64,000 bases of DNA from Giardia intestinalis. Its lineage: Eukaryota. Below the pieces are notes generated by a model, which was given only the letters and a program-made list of their open reading frames with translations, had not been told where the DNA came from and did not search any database. The position numbers were made by a program, and so were the translations under genes. Position 1 is the stretch's first letter; each line of letters begins with the position of its first letter. Where the stretch lies: assembly GCA_000002435.2 (NCBI GenBank), contig CM018793.1; one strand, written 5' to 3'. Shown here piece after piece: positions 18,886 to 30,400 of this stretch.

Positions 18886-20802
18886 ATGCTCCCCGATTTA
18901 GAAGGCATAGACTTTTTGCAGGTTGAGCGTGGACCCACGCTGACGCGGCATCTGGATAACCTCATATTTGAATTTATAACCTCAGAGACAGAGTTCCTGG
19001 AGCTCCTAACTTACCCCTCCTCTAGTCAAAGGGATCAGACACCAATACAATCCCCAACACTGCCTTCACCCCGGCATTCTCGGGCCCCGTCCGGAATACC
19101 ACACATAGAAAGACCATCACCCTCAATTCGGGGCGCGTGCCATCAAGATTTACAAACTTTTGGTAACACTTTTTTTCAGTCCACGAGCAGCATATACCAA
19201 GAACAAGAGGTACAGAGAGCATCGTCTGGCGTATCCACGAATGGAGATTCTAACCCCATCACCATTCCACTCAAGCAGTGGAAGATTACACTATATGGGC
19301 AGGTACCCATAAGCCCTATTCCAGAGCCCATCACAGAGTATGAGGAGCGTATAATAAAGAGCATTACAAACCGATACAGAATAGGGGTAGCACTTAAGGA
19401 TACCATCCCTCTGGTTGCATACAGCACACGAATGCAGATGCAGGAGACATATGGCAATCACCTTTCACGACACTCGACTTTTTATGGGGCAAATAGCGTC
19501 TATGATGAAAGCTCTTCCGTCTCTATTGCTGACTTTCTGTGTGAGGAGCTCTTTGGGATGCCGCGAGTCTTGGCCACATCATTGTTTCATGCTATTTATT
19601 CTAAAGACCCACCACCAGACGTAAGTGAGTTGTCGGAGCAGCACATACTTCACCTTCCAGATTCGTTGTCGACTAGTCTCATCGTTAGTGCGTACATGAC
19701 GCACTGCAGGGGCAAAACCTATGAGGAGCGATTCTATGCCTTGTTTTCAGACACAGAAGACCAGGGCAACTGTATTTCCTTGGCTAGGCTAGCACATATA
19801 CTGTTGAATGTTCTGGCATCACACAGTGCATATGCATTTGTAGAACCCTGCACCTACAAGTGCACATTTGCTACCATCGCTGCGACTCGGATCTTTTTTG
19901 ATGCGGATTTAGAAGGCAGATGGCATCTTGTATATGATACGACGTACCTCCGTCGCGGCATTTCTCTTCTGTCGTACCTGTGGTCAGCACAGGGTGCGGA
20001 GAGTATCGTGGGGGACACAGGGCCACTGGGATATGAAGCATTCTATGTAATATACTGCACCTTTGTTAAAAACAGCGACAACGACATAAAGGGAAAGATC
20101 ACAGAAGCACTTATGCTACAGTACAATGGAGAGACATATTCAAAAAGATTCGTCAACAGGCTTCTTAACGGCCAAGGAAGGCCCCTGTACAACCGTTACC
20201 CAAATGAAGCAGCCCTCTCCCTTGTAGACTTTACGGTCTTCATGCTGGCGGAGTGTGCTATAGACTCATATCCTGCTATACGATACTTTTTCAATCTAGC
20301 AGACGGAGATCACGACGGATTGCTATCTGTCGATGATATCAAGGTATGTCTGATCAAGCAAGCAGAGCAGTGGTCCTGCTATGGAATTGATTTGGCTGTG
20401 GACGAGGTTATATCTCAACTGATTGACATGATCTGTTTTGTGCCAGATGACTATGAAGACCCCGACACATATGGAGAGTCCCTCGCACGCCACAAACCCG
20501 TGTCTAACCATTTCTCTCACTTTGATAATGTGCCTAGGAACATATCTAGCACAGAGCGTGTCACAGACCTTGCCTTTTCCTTTGAGCAAATACTCCGTTG
20601 TGCCATGCCATATAATATCTTCAATGCCATGTTTAGCGTCAAGCGCTTCATATACTTCGAGCAGAGGGATCCCTACATAGGCAATCTCTGCGGGGATGTT
20701 AGGGTTAAGCGACCACTCCGAATTGCACATACAATGTCGAGCACCTGGGCCTCCTTCTCCCTCGCTGCATATGATCAGTTTATGATTGACAGCGAAGAGT
20801 AG
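18886..20802 (+). CDS. EF-hand protein, probable protein phosphatase 2A regulatory subunit B'' (PR72/PR130 family)
   Basis: ATG at 18886. FTVFMLAECAIDSYPAIRYFFNLADGDHDGLLSVDDIKVCL aligns with the PR72 EF-hand region FTDFLLAWEDKKHPTSIEYWFRCMDLDGDGALSMFELEYF. The DxDxDG calcium loop is present. Confidence 0.55.
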   Translation: MLPDLEGIDFLQVERGPTLTRHLDNLIFEFITSETEFLELLTYPSSSQRDQTPIQSPTLPSPRHSRAPSGIPHIERPSPSIRGACHQDLQTFGNTFFQSTSSIYQEQEVQRASSGVSTNGDSNPITIPLKQWKITLYGQVPISPIPEPITEYEERIIKSITNRYRIGVALKDTIPLVAYSTRMQMQETYGNHLSRHSTFYGANSVYDESSSVSIADFLCEELFGMPRVLATSLFHAIYSKDPPPDVSELSEQHILHLPDSLSTSLIVSAYMTHCRGKTYEERFYALFSDTEDQGNCISLARLAHILLNVLASHSAYAFVEPCTYKCTFATIAATRIFFDADLEGRWHLVYDTTYLRRGISLLSYLWSAQGAESIVGDTGPLGYEAFYVIYCTFVKNSDNDIKGKITEALMLQYNGETYSKRFVNRLLNGQGRPLYNRYPNEAALSLVDFTVFMLAECAIDSYPAIRYFFNLADGDHDGLLSVDDIKVCLIKQAEQWSCYGIDLAVDEVISQLIDMICFVPDDYEDPDTYGESLARHKPVSNHFSHFDNVPRNISSTERVTDLAFSFEQILRCAMPYNIFNAMFSVKRFIYFEQRDPYIGNLCGDVRVKRPLRIAHTMSSTWASFSLAAYDQFMIDSEE

Positions 20803-20807
20803 ACCAT

Positions 20808-21398
20808 TCACTTCACTGATCGCTGGAATTCATGCAGCTCCCCTTCCTCTTCTTCCTCCTGTCCCTGCTCGTCATCCTCTCCTTCATCAATGATCGTCCG
20901 CAAGAGTTCAGTATATGGTTCTTCCTTGACATCTTCCCAGCTGTTACGCGTGCACATCGAAACGCGCAAATTGTACGTGTGTCTATCATTAACAAAGAGT
21001 GCTGCGGCCTCGTTGTTGGCCGGAGACATCGGATTGGGATCCGTAAGAAGAGACTGAATGGAGAGAAGGATAGCCGAAACACCTAGCGCAGGGGTCCACT
21101 TGGTGGAGAGTAGATCAAGACAGATGTTTCCGTTATTGAAAATATTAGGGTGGAACATCTTTGTCAGGACCTTGACAGCAGGCGGCTTGGTGGGATACTC
21201 ACTCGTGAACTTAAGCTCCAGGCGGATGACGGCTCCCTCCCAAGGAGTTTGAGAGGGGCCTATTATGATTGCTGCCCACCGGAAAAGGTCGTCTTTATAA
21301 GGGCTTGCAATTATGTTCTCAGGTGGTGAAGACGCTATCGCCTTGTAGTCCAAGATGAGCCGCTTCTGTGCCGTTGCATTGGAGTCGGCGGGTGGCAT
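20808..21398 (-). CDS. Ubiquitin-conjugating enzyme E2, RAD6/UBE2A-like, with acidic C-terminal tail
   Basis: The ORF track start at 21614 is TTG. The ATG at 21398 gives MPPADSNATAQKRLILDYK (E2 N-terminus). The UBC core HPNIFNNGNICLDLLSTKWTPALGVSAILLSIQSLLTDPNPMSPAN matches UBE2A ([46 protein letters not shown]). A DEGEDDEQGQEEEEEGE tail follows. Confidence 0.85.
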   Translation of the reverse strand: MPPADSNATAQKRLILDYKAIASSPPENIIASPYKDDLFRWAAIIIGPSQTPWEGAVIRLELKFTSEYPTKPPAVKVLTKMFHPNIFNNGNICLDLLSTKWTPALGVSAILLSIQSLLTDPNPMSPANNEAAALFVNDRHTYNLRVSMCTRNSWEDVKEEPYTELLRTIIDEGEDDEQGQEEEEEGELHEFQRSVK

Positions 21399-21507
21399 TT
21401 TATGAGCGAAAGAATTCAGGTAATAATGTAATATTTCAGCTCTTTTTTCTTGTACTCTTGTTAACAGTTTTGAATCAAAATTGGGCCTCCTGCATTTTTT
21501 TGAATCG

Positions 21508-21717
21508 ATGGCTCGTGCCCACGGTGGTCTTACCAGCGCCGGAAAGGTCCGCAAGTGCACTCCGAAGAAGGAGAAGAAGGAGAAGCCCCGCCCGCCTCGT
21601 GGGCGTGCATACAAGCGTCTGCTCTATAACAAGAACTTCGTGGATGATACCCTCATACACAACGGGCGCCGCCTCGGCCCCAACAACCTCTTGATCCGCC
21701 AGAAGCTCGGATTTTAG
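21508..21717 (+). CDS. RPS30: 40S ribosomal protein S30 (eS30)
   Basis: The ORF track start at 21481 is TTG. The ATG at 21508 gives MARAHGGLTSAGKVRKCTPKKEKKEKPRPPRGRAYKRLLYNKNFV, matching the eS30 consensus KVHGSLARAGKVRGQTPKV...KKK...GRAKRRMQYNRRFV. Confidence 0.8.
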   Translation: MARAHGGLTSAGKVRKCTPKKEKKEKPRPPRGRAYKRLLYNKNFVDDTLIHNGRRLGPNNLLIRQKLGF

Positions 21718-21769
21718 GTGGTTCGGAGTAAACCGTGTCTGGCAGTGGTCGTGGCATTTGTTAGCTTAT

Positions 21770-24700
21770 TTACTGGGTTAGTCCCTCTTCGAGGGAGCGC
21801 ATGATCTCCAGGCATCCCAGGGCGGTCCGCGCCTCTTCCTCCTGTTTTCTGAGAGTTTCATGGATGAGTTTCTGCGCCTTCCTGATCAGCACGGCAAGCC
21901 CCTGGGTGTTAGCGGCCTTAGCAAAGTAACGGGTGATTAGGAATGTGGCGCATCGAACTATAAAGTCTGCTGGTTGATACTTCTGATCGAGCATTTGCGA
22001 AAGGAGATCTAAAAGGGTTCGTGCAGACTCCACTGTTATGCTCGACAGAGCATCCAAAAGAACCTCGTGCCTAATCTCAGTCCGTATAACGGATAGAAGA
22101 TATTCTAGAGGAGGCTTTCCGTACGTTGCCAGGTGACTAGTGGGATCGTTACAAGATTTGGACTCGGGCCTAGAAGCCAGCTCGTTGCTTACAAGCATTA
22201 CCGCTTCCATGAGGATGTCTCCTGCATTCTTCCCGTCACGCGATGCTTGTAATTTGCTGGGATCTTCCCAACCTAGGGTCTTCTCCTCCTCCTTTGTCAT
22301 GGCTTCATGCAACCGCTTCTGCTCTTCTAGCCGGACGTTAATAAGATCATCTGTTTGTATCCACTGTCGAATTGCTTTATCGTGTCCTACAGAAATGACA
22401 AAGCGTCCTGCACTGCTGACACATAGGGATGTGCACTCGCCAAAGTGTCCTCTGGAAAAATAGGAGCCAGATCTACCCTCTCCCAAGATTGAAATCAAAA
22501 GGAAGCTATCGAGGTCCCAATAGGAGAGTCTTCCGTCTCGAGAAGCGGCTAGTCCAAGCCGGGTATCTCGGATGAACTGGATGTCGGTGAACGGGGAATC
22601 GAAGCGGATGAGCTTCTGACACTCTCCGAAGTTGAGGCCCCATATTCTTATGGTCTTGTCCAGACTGCACGTGACTAGCTTTTCTGCAGTTGACGAAAGG
22701 GCCATTGATGTAATGGGCATACTATGGCCATACAGTACCAGTTTGAATCTAAGTGTGTCTAGAAAATAGATACGTACAGTGTTGTCATAAAGAGCACAAA
22801 GAATATGCTTTTGCGGACTGTCGATACGTATCACACCAACAGAATGCCCAGCATCGAATTCGCGCTCTAAGTTGAGAGAAACGCCACCGTCCTCTGTTAC
22901 TCCAAAGGACCAAAACTTAACAAATCCGTCTTCAGAGCTACTGATTAGTTGTCCCCCTGAGAGCTGAAGGTCTGTGATGCGCTTGGCGTGAGCATCCACA
23001 AGATCAACGACCTCGGCAGCAATATTATTAATCAGTCCCAGTATTCCGCCACTATCTGCCACGACAGAGTACTTATTCCCTGCAAGAATTACTACCCGTG
23101 TGGGTGTCTTCATAGTTTTGGGAAGAGAGATAGTTGTAATGCAGATAAACTTTCGGATGTTCCACAACTTCACCTCTCCCTGACTACACGTTGCAACGAT
23201 TGTGTCATCGAAACTTAGAGATGCATGGTGAATGACATGTCTGTGGCCTTGGAGAGCTATTTCCAACGTTTCTTCATATGTGTAAAAGGAATCCCGAAGT
23301 GCCTCAGTGCCTCTTCCAGATCCACCTGCAGTAACTCCTTTCACCGCCGCATTGGCGGCATCTCTAACCAAAACACGGAAGATTTTTAAGAAATTAAGAG
23401 AGCTAACTAGGCATACGCTGTTCTGCTTTGGAATCCAAGCTGCATCTATCAGCTTTTCCCCGTAAGGTGATTTTATGAGCAGTGAAGAGGTAAGAAAGTC
23501 ATTTGTCTGAACAGCACGGCTTGTGGACTTCAATAGAACAGCACTTTCTGAGAGCAAGTGTGGCTTCATGGTGTCTTCTACCTCATATTGAGCTGCCTCC
23601 TTGTCAATCTTACACGCAGCAAGCAGTTTCTCAACCTTTTGCCTAGCATACTTTTGAAGTCTACGCTTTGCTGCTTTGAACACGTGCTCCATCGAGCCTA
23701 CCTTGTACAGCTCAACACTTTTGGTGCTCACCACGAGAAGCGCAAGGACAATCTCGCCTAGTTTGGCGCCTAGCTGCGTTTGCACAAGCTTAATGGACAC
23801 AGTGGGCTCCGTGGAAGTCTTGTCCATACGACCCATATACTTGAGAAGCTTTCTGTCGCTATCCAGAAGAGTCTTCGCCTCTTGAATCGTGTCTACATTT
23901 TGAATCATTCTAGCACGGTCATCGTTGAGAGCATTTGAGAGGTCTGATGCAATTACAGGCGCATTCGAGTCTTGACTATCAGGGTGATGCCCAAGCCTAT
24001 GCAGAAGGGCAAGGTATTTAAATGCAAGACTGTTGGGCTCTGTAATCTCAGAGAGAATCTCGAGGATGGTCCTCATAGGAGGAAGGGCGTGCGTGGACCA
24101 GGCGTGAATTGAATTGTCTGCACAGCCAACAAAAACAAACCATGTGTATGGCTCGTCACTTTGTGAGTCCACGACACTGTCAGGCTGCATAGTGTGATTA
24201 GGTATTACCGGCTTATCTGTCCTGAGTTCCTTGTCAATCTTTTCTCTCTTTCTAGGCCGTGACTCGGAAGCTTGAGTACTGTCAGAGCTGCTCATCTTTT
24301 TCTCAATGTACACGCAAAGAGCACGAACTTCAGTGTTGCATTCTACCAGAGTCTGAAGCTTTGCCCGCGTGCTCAAATCCCAGAGAACAACTAGCATATC
24401 ACGAGACGCCGAAAGAAGATATTTAGTTCCCATAGTAGCTATCCGCGTAATTGGGCCAGAGTGTCCTCCAGTCAATTTGGATGTGATGCTCCCTTCGACT
24501 AAATCGTGTACAAAGATTTCTGAACTTGCGGTTCCTGCGAAGAGGAAGAGCCCGTCATCTGAAAAGCTAAGCGCCGTAATCGCACTGTTAGAGGGCAGAA
24601 AGCTATGAGTAAGATTAACCATCGGGAGATCGGTATCAAAGGCCAGGACACGGCCATTGCTCATTCCAACAGCAGCGACGTTCTTTCTAGAGTGGTGAAT

Positions 24701-24895
24701 GATAACATTTATGGATGCATCAAGGCAGCTTTCATAATACGATAGCCTCATACCGTTGGTTGTGCTCCAGACGTTAATGCTGTCATGAGCAGCGACGAAG
24801 AGCTTTTGACCAGATGGATGCACAGCACAGCCGCCAATAGTGGCTATGACCCCACAGGCAAGGTCTGGCTCGTACCTGAGGTAGGTCCTGGACAT
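21770..24895 (-). CDS. WD40-repeat SSU-processome protein, UTP12/WDR3 (DIP2)-like
   Basis: ATG at 24895. The N-terminal [14 protein letters not shown] matches WDR3 [43 protein letters not shown] matches [42 protein letters not shown] matches IKIWGLDFGDCHK. There are multiple WD units plus a helical C-terminal domain. Confidence 0.7.
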   Translation of the reverse strand: [1041 protein letters not shown]

Positions 24896-24998
24896 CTGTA
24901 GGCTCTATGCGGCCGCTGCGAAATAATTCCAATAACCACCGAGGGAGAGACCCAGAAAGAGTCAGCGCCCAGAGGGACCAAGACCGCCTAGGTGTTAT

Positions 24999-25745
24999 TT
25001 ACTGCTGTATGGACTGACCCTCTGCCAGGTTCCTGACCTGATTGCTGTCGTGCATCGTGGACAAGAGCTCCATGGTGTTGCGAGGACGCTTGACAACCTT
25101 GACTCTGCGGATCATCACGTCGCGACACATGGTGATCTTTTGCAAGGCCTCCGTGAGCTTAGCATTGACCTCGAAATTCGAGAGCTTGGTGACAAGCACA
25201 GGGATGCTGACCTTCCCTAGTTCATTGTGGAGAGTCTCGTAGATCCCGGCCCTCATCATCCTGATCACTCGACCCTTAACGTGGCAATTCTTCCTTCTTT
25301 GGAAGCGGAAGCGGTCAGTAAACGCTATAACGAAGACGCGGAGCAGGTAGCCATCTGTCGTGGGGATGTCCATGAACACGTCTATGCAGTCGCACCCCTT
25401 GCGGAACAGAGATCCGTACTTGTGGCGGGTGATATCCATCCCGTGGAAGTTGGTCAAGCACTTGCCATCGGAGACCAGCTGCGTCTGGAGGTAGAACTTC
25501 GTGTTTCCATTCAGATCCTCTGCGCCAGGGTTGAGGTCGCCGAGGTTGACCTCGTATACGCGGTGGTTGATGACGTCCGTGGCCACCCTGAGGCCGGCCG
25601 TCTTAGTGACTGGCGTTTGGCCGATGTGGCGGGACTTGAAGTGGGCGGGGGCAATGACTGGATACCACTCCTTCTTGAGATAGGGGTCCGGATTCTTGCG
25701 CTGCGTGATCTTCTTCTTGCCTGTCTTGTTCCCGCCGATAGCCAT
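24999..25745 (-). CDS. RPS3A: 40S ribosomal protein S3a (eS1)
   Basis: The ORF track start at 25757 is GTG. The ATG at 25745 gives [33 protein letters not shown]...[13 protein letters not shown]...[15 protein letters not shown], matching eS1 (MAVGKNKRLSKGKK...DPFTKKDWYDIKAP...[13 protein letters not shown]...TDGYLLRLFCIGFT). Confidence 0.85.
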
Positions 25746-26072
25746 GCTTCGCCTCACAGAAATAGATCTGACAACATTTGGTTTTAAAATAGATTATGGC
25801 ATTTCTCATTTGAGCCTCTGGACTAGGCGCACCGTCAATCTTGGCCTCTTTGCCATTGGCCCAGAATCACGATTTGCCCGCGCATTTCATATTTTAGCTG
25901 CACCATAGAACACCTCTCTATTCATGTGCCTCAGATATCCTTGAAACACCATACGCATTGTGGACAAAGCTACAACCTTTCTGACTGTGCACTGAAAAAC
26001 ATGGCCAGGAGGTTGCTATCAAGGCTCTGAGGTCTTCTACGAGATCCTTGTTTAACTTTAAAAATAATTGAT

Positions 26073-27284
26073 ATGTCTAGAAAGTCCAAGCATCGCATTC
26101 ACCACATAACAGTCAATAAGAAGAGCAAGACTGGCCGACGGAGGCAGTATAGTGATGAGCGTGAGCTCTTTCGGGAGGATTACGTTGTGAAGAAGCCCTG
26201 CAATCCTTGTCCAAAGCAAGTGAACATGAAGCCTCGAGAGCCGCAGCCAAACAAATACGACGAGGAGCAGATTAAAGAGCTTGTTAAGCTTGCCGGTGAA
26301 AATCAGCAGCTACTGAATGAGATGACCCTGGATGCCAGAATAACAAAGGCCAAGCAGAAGAAGACAGACAGCATAGTTAAGACCTTTGACATCTGGGGAA
26401 CGCCGCTACCAGAGAAGCGGACAATAGACTTCACAGGAAAGCCTATTCCAGTCCCCCACAAGCTTTCGGCACGTGTCCCAGGCGTTGATGAACTCCAGGG
26501 CAAGGGATCTAGCGCAGTTGAGCTGCCTCAAACAGCTGTTTCATACAACCCAACCTACCTGTCGCAGCAGCAGGTCATTGAAAAGCTCGCAAAGAAATAC
26601 GTTTCTGAAGACAAGGTAGCCATGAAACTCAAAGCCATTCGACCGTCTAGCTTCACTCCTGAAGAGGTGCATGAAGAACACGTTAATGCAATTTTACAAT
26701 ATATTATCGAACGTGATAAGGCACAAGCAGCGCAACCAGACCAGCAGGATGGCCATGCCTCTGAGTTCGATGCTTCTGAACAATCTCTCTCGGTCGCCGA
26801 TACAGCAGCTTCTCGCCTTCCTCTCACTGATGAAATAAGGCGCCTTCTTGAGGAGCACAAGCTAGAGGAGGTTCACATGACCCAGACAGATCGCCGTCTC
26901 AAGAGAAGACAGATAAGGGAAATGAGCCAAGAACTTAAGGTGCTCGATGAGCTCATCAAGCAAGTACACATTTCAAAGTTAGCTGCCAGCATAGACGCAG
27001 GTACTTTCGATATCAATAATTTGGCAAATCAATCTATAGAGACTGAGCTAGGCAGGATCGAGAAGAAAATTCGCCAGCCTACAGATAGACCAGTGCCAGA
27101 GGAGGAGCCTCCTGTCCCGCTGACCGAGGACTGCAAGGGGACTATGCGCCTCGTCAAGCCAGTGGGGTCTGTCTTACAAGATAGGTGGGTCTCTGCGCAG
27201 CGTCGTAATCTCGTCGAAATAGGAGTTCCAAACAATCCTAACAAACAGAACGCTACGCGGGAATGGAAGGTTATTGTACATTAG
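26073..27284 (+). CDS. Probable Nop53/GLTSCR2-family ribosome biogenesis protein
   Basis: ATG at 26073. The basic N-terminus is MSRKSKHRIHH...KKSKTGRRRQ. The conserved Nop53 core motif VELPQTAVSYNPTYLSQQQVIEKLAKKYV matches GLTSCR2 VELPHPGASYNPSFEDHQTLL. The rest is charged and coiled-coil. Confidence 0.5.
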   Translation: MSRKSKHRIHHITVNKKSKTGRRRQYSDERELFREDYVVKKPCNPCPKQVNMKPREPQPNKYDEEQIKELVKLAGENQQLLNEMTLDARITKAKQKKTDSIVKTFDIWGTPLPEKRTIDFTGKPIPVPHKLSARVPGVDELQGKGSSAVELPQTAVSYNPTYLSQQQVIEKLAKKYVSEDKVAMKLKAIRPSSFTPEEVHEEHVNAILQYIIERDKAQAAQPDQQDGHASEFDASEQSLSVADTAASRLPLTDEIRRLLEEHKLEEVHMTQTDRRLKRRQIREMSQELKVLDELIKQVHISKLAASIDAGTFDINNLANQSIETELGRIEKKIRQPTDRPVPEEEPPVPLTEDCKGTMRLVKPVGSVLQDRWVSAQRRNLVEIGVPNNPNKQNATREWKVIVH

Positions 27285-27402
27285 AAAGCCGATACTTCAT
27301 AACTTAATCCTGTCCTGTAGCCTTGTGCAGTAAATAACGATCCATCCCGCTTGTTTAGGTAAAGAAGAGAAGTGGTGGGGTACGGTGGTACTGCACTTGC
27401 TG

Positions 27403-30400
27403 CTATTTACTGCTATTCACAGCAGGACTTCTATTGGAGGGCTGATTACTATGGCCTACCCGCTGATGCTTCAAGCGGGCAGCCTTTGGTTTCCGAGCAT
27501 GCTCTCTGCTTCCCCCCTCTGCAGAGGATGGCCTTTGTCGAGGTGGGTGTATCGCGAGGACATGCCCACCTCTCAGCTGGATTGCACTGTCATCAATGGT
27601 ATCTGTGAAGGCTATCTTCCTCGTGATCACTCTTGGTTCTAAAATAAATTTATCTAGCTTTGGCGGCATACAAGATATCAAATCGTGATAAACAGGGACA
27701 TAGTTCAATATAATTTCTAGAAAAATATGATAAATAACGGGATACTCAGAGAATTTCAAGATGTGCTTGGAGTCCTTACTCCGAATAAGCTTGAAGTTCT
27801 CCTCGGAATTATCGGTGGACCGGTAAAATTCTAGATTGGTATGAAATGTGTTAAGTGGAAGACAGCCTACAAAGCTCAGCCGGATGCCGTCCATTATTGA
27901 GCGCGATGATAGGAACTTGGTGGCAACGGCTGACAGGTTAGAGAATTCAGTTAGCTTATAATTTGCAGAGAAATGTGTGAAGCGTGCTAACGCCTTGTCA
28001 GAGCAGATATACCGCCGTATGCCGGGTGAGCATACGAGCCTCCGGGTTGCCGACTCACAGAGAAAGGCGTCAAAGCTTGCTCTGGAGGAGGGCGATGGCA
28101 GGATGTAGCCGGAGCCCCTATCCCACCCTGAAGCTGAACAAGTGCCACCCTGCATGATAAAGGATTGATGACAAAAGTCACAGGAGCAATCAGAAGACGG
28201 ATCTCTGCGATAGAAGGTTAGGTAGGGAGCGTGAGAGCTAGAGGGACAAACTAGATAGTCGTGTGTCTTGTCATTTTGTTTATGTGTGAGTAAATGGTAA
28301 AGAAGCTTTATGAATGTCCTATATTGCTCTAGAATAATCTTTTCGCATCTTTCTTTGTCTCCAGGGACCAGTGACGTCCCAACGGTTATGCTAAGCTCTT
28401 TTCTTTTCGTCTCGCGCAGCCTTGCTTTACTCCTTGATGCTTTAGTGGTTTCTTTGCTAAAGGATACTACTTCTGCATCACCTGAGGAGCACGGCCTTCT
28501 CCCATCATCCAGCAAAAGAGAAAGATAAGAGTTGCTGCTATCAAAAGGAGAAGTTGTCGAGATAAGTGGAGACGGGTTTAAAGAAACGGTTTTACAGGTC
28601 GAGACGCCGCTCTGTAATGGTGCGTCGCTTACGATTGTTATATGATCGCTCGATCCGTCGGTCAAGGACTCCTTTACTTCAGCAGTGGACACAGCAGAGC
28701 TTGGTGGGGATATGCGAGTAGAGTCACTGGAAAGCTTTTCTAAATTGTGATGCTTTGTCGTGGTGATAACAATACTAGATGAGCAATGAGAATTAGAGGT
28801 AACTAGAGAGGAGGATGTCTGGTGATGAAATACGGCCTGCATGGATTGCTTGTACTCAGAAGAGGATCGCTTAAAGATGGGATGAGATAGCATGAGTTGT
28901 AAACTAGCTGTATGGCGCATATCATGGCTAAGTAATGAGTTGAGAGGGTTCATGATAGACTTAAAACCAACGTTGTGTAGATATTTAAATGAGGCAGGAA
29001 TGGATCTAGTCTTACTAAAGACTCGCTCTACGCATGAACCATTAGCTGGATAAAAGTGCTTCATTAGGTCACAGAGAGTGGAGTGCAACTGCTGAAGGGT
29101 CAAACTATCTAATATAGAGGATATTCTTGACGTGGATTCGGGATTAAAGGAGCTTATGTTGTAGGGAGGAAGCAAGTCTATGGAATAATTCAGGCCCGCT
29201 ATGGTCTTTGGCTGAATAATTGAATCTGGGCACCCCTCACGAGGTTCATTGGTACTCTGAATAGTGCTTTTTGCGGTTGCGTCCAAGTTGACCACAAACC
29301 CTTTTTCAGAATTGTTCTGGCCGGTCTCATTCTTACGTAGATAGCCATCATGTCTTGCAGACGCAGCTAATGCAAAATTTTTTGTTGTATGATAACTGGT
29401 TATGGTCTCTGCATCTATAGTGACGGGGTCTGCGACCTTAGAACGACTCATTATCTGCTGCAGCCCTGTATAATAAAGAGCATTAATTATTATCCGATAG
29501 TACAGAGGAAGGTCTTTGTAAACCTCACTGTGCTGTTGCATTACCAATAGGATAGCATATAAGTGAATAATAGTCCGAGGGTATTCTGAAAGAGAGTAAG
29601 AGCTACGATGGAAGATTTTTCTTATATCATCTGCTGACATGCGCCCCGATCTCTTATATCCGAAGTGCGTAGATGTGGCATCCAACATCAAATATCCCTT
29701 CCTCTCACTCCATGAAAGGATGGAGGGCTCATGATACTTCCTGGAGATGTTACCCCTCAACACAATGGTACTGGTCTCTACTTGGAGATCAGTACATACA
29801 TGAAGATGCTCAACAAAATAGTTAAAGACGTCCAGGATGGTTTCTGCAGATGGAGCAGATTCGCGACAGAGGTGGTGTATGCAGAAGGCATCCTTCACCC
29901 GAAGAAACTCTGCTCCTACCCACTTTTCAGCTAGCTGCTTCCGCTGAAGAAACGTATGATCGTCTGTTTTAGAATAAACCTTCTTGGTGTGGGGTTGGGT
30001 GTTAGTATCTTCAAAGGAAGTACAGCTAGAAATATTGGTTAGATTGTTCTTCTCTTTAATTGATCGATGTGTCTTAAGAGAATTGATGATGCCTGGGGAA
30101 GCGAACGACCGCTCTGGCTGGAATCCGTTGCGCGCCCAAGTTAAGTCAGAGGTGCACGTTGGTAGCATGGGCGAATGGACAGTGAGCAGCGAGTAGGTAC
30201 AGTCATGTGTGTCTAGTGCATGCTGGATATCACTTTGTGACAAGTTTAGGAGCTTTAGGGGAGAGGTGATGCTCCCCGAGTCTGAAGGAGAAAAGCGTAG
30301 CTGCTTGTTGGAAGCAGATCTTTTCTCGGTATAGAACCTATTATACTTGATATACATCTCTAAATGGTGGTCATGATCAGAGCTCCGTGCATTTGTAAGC

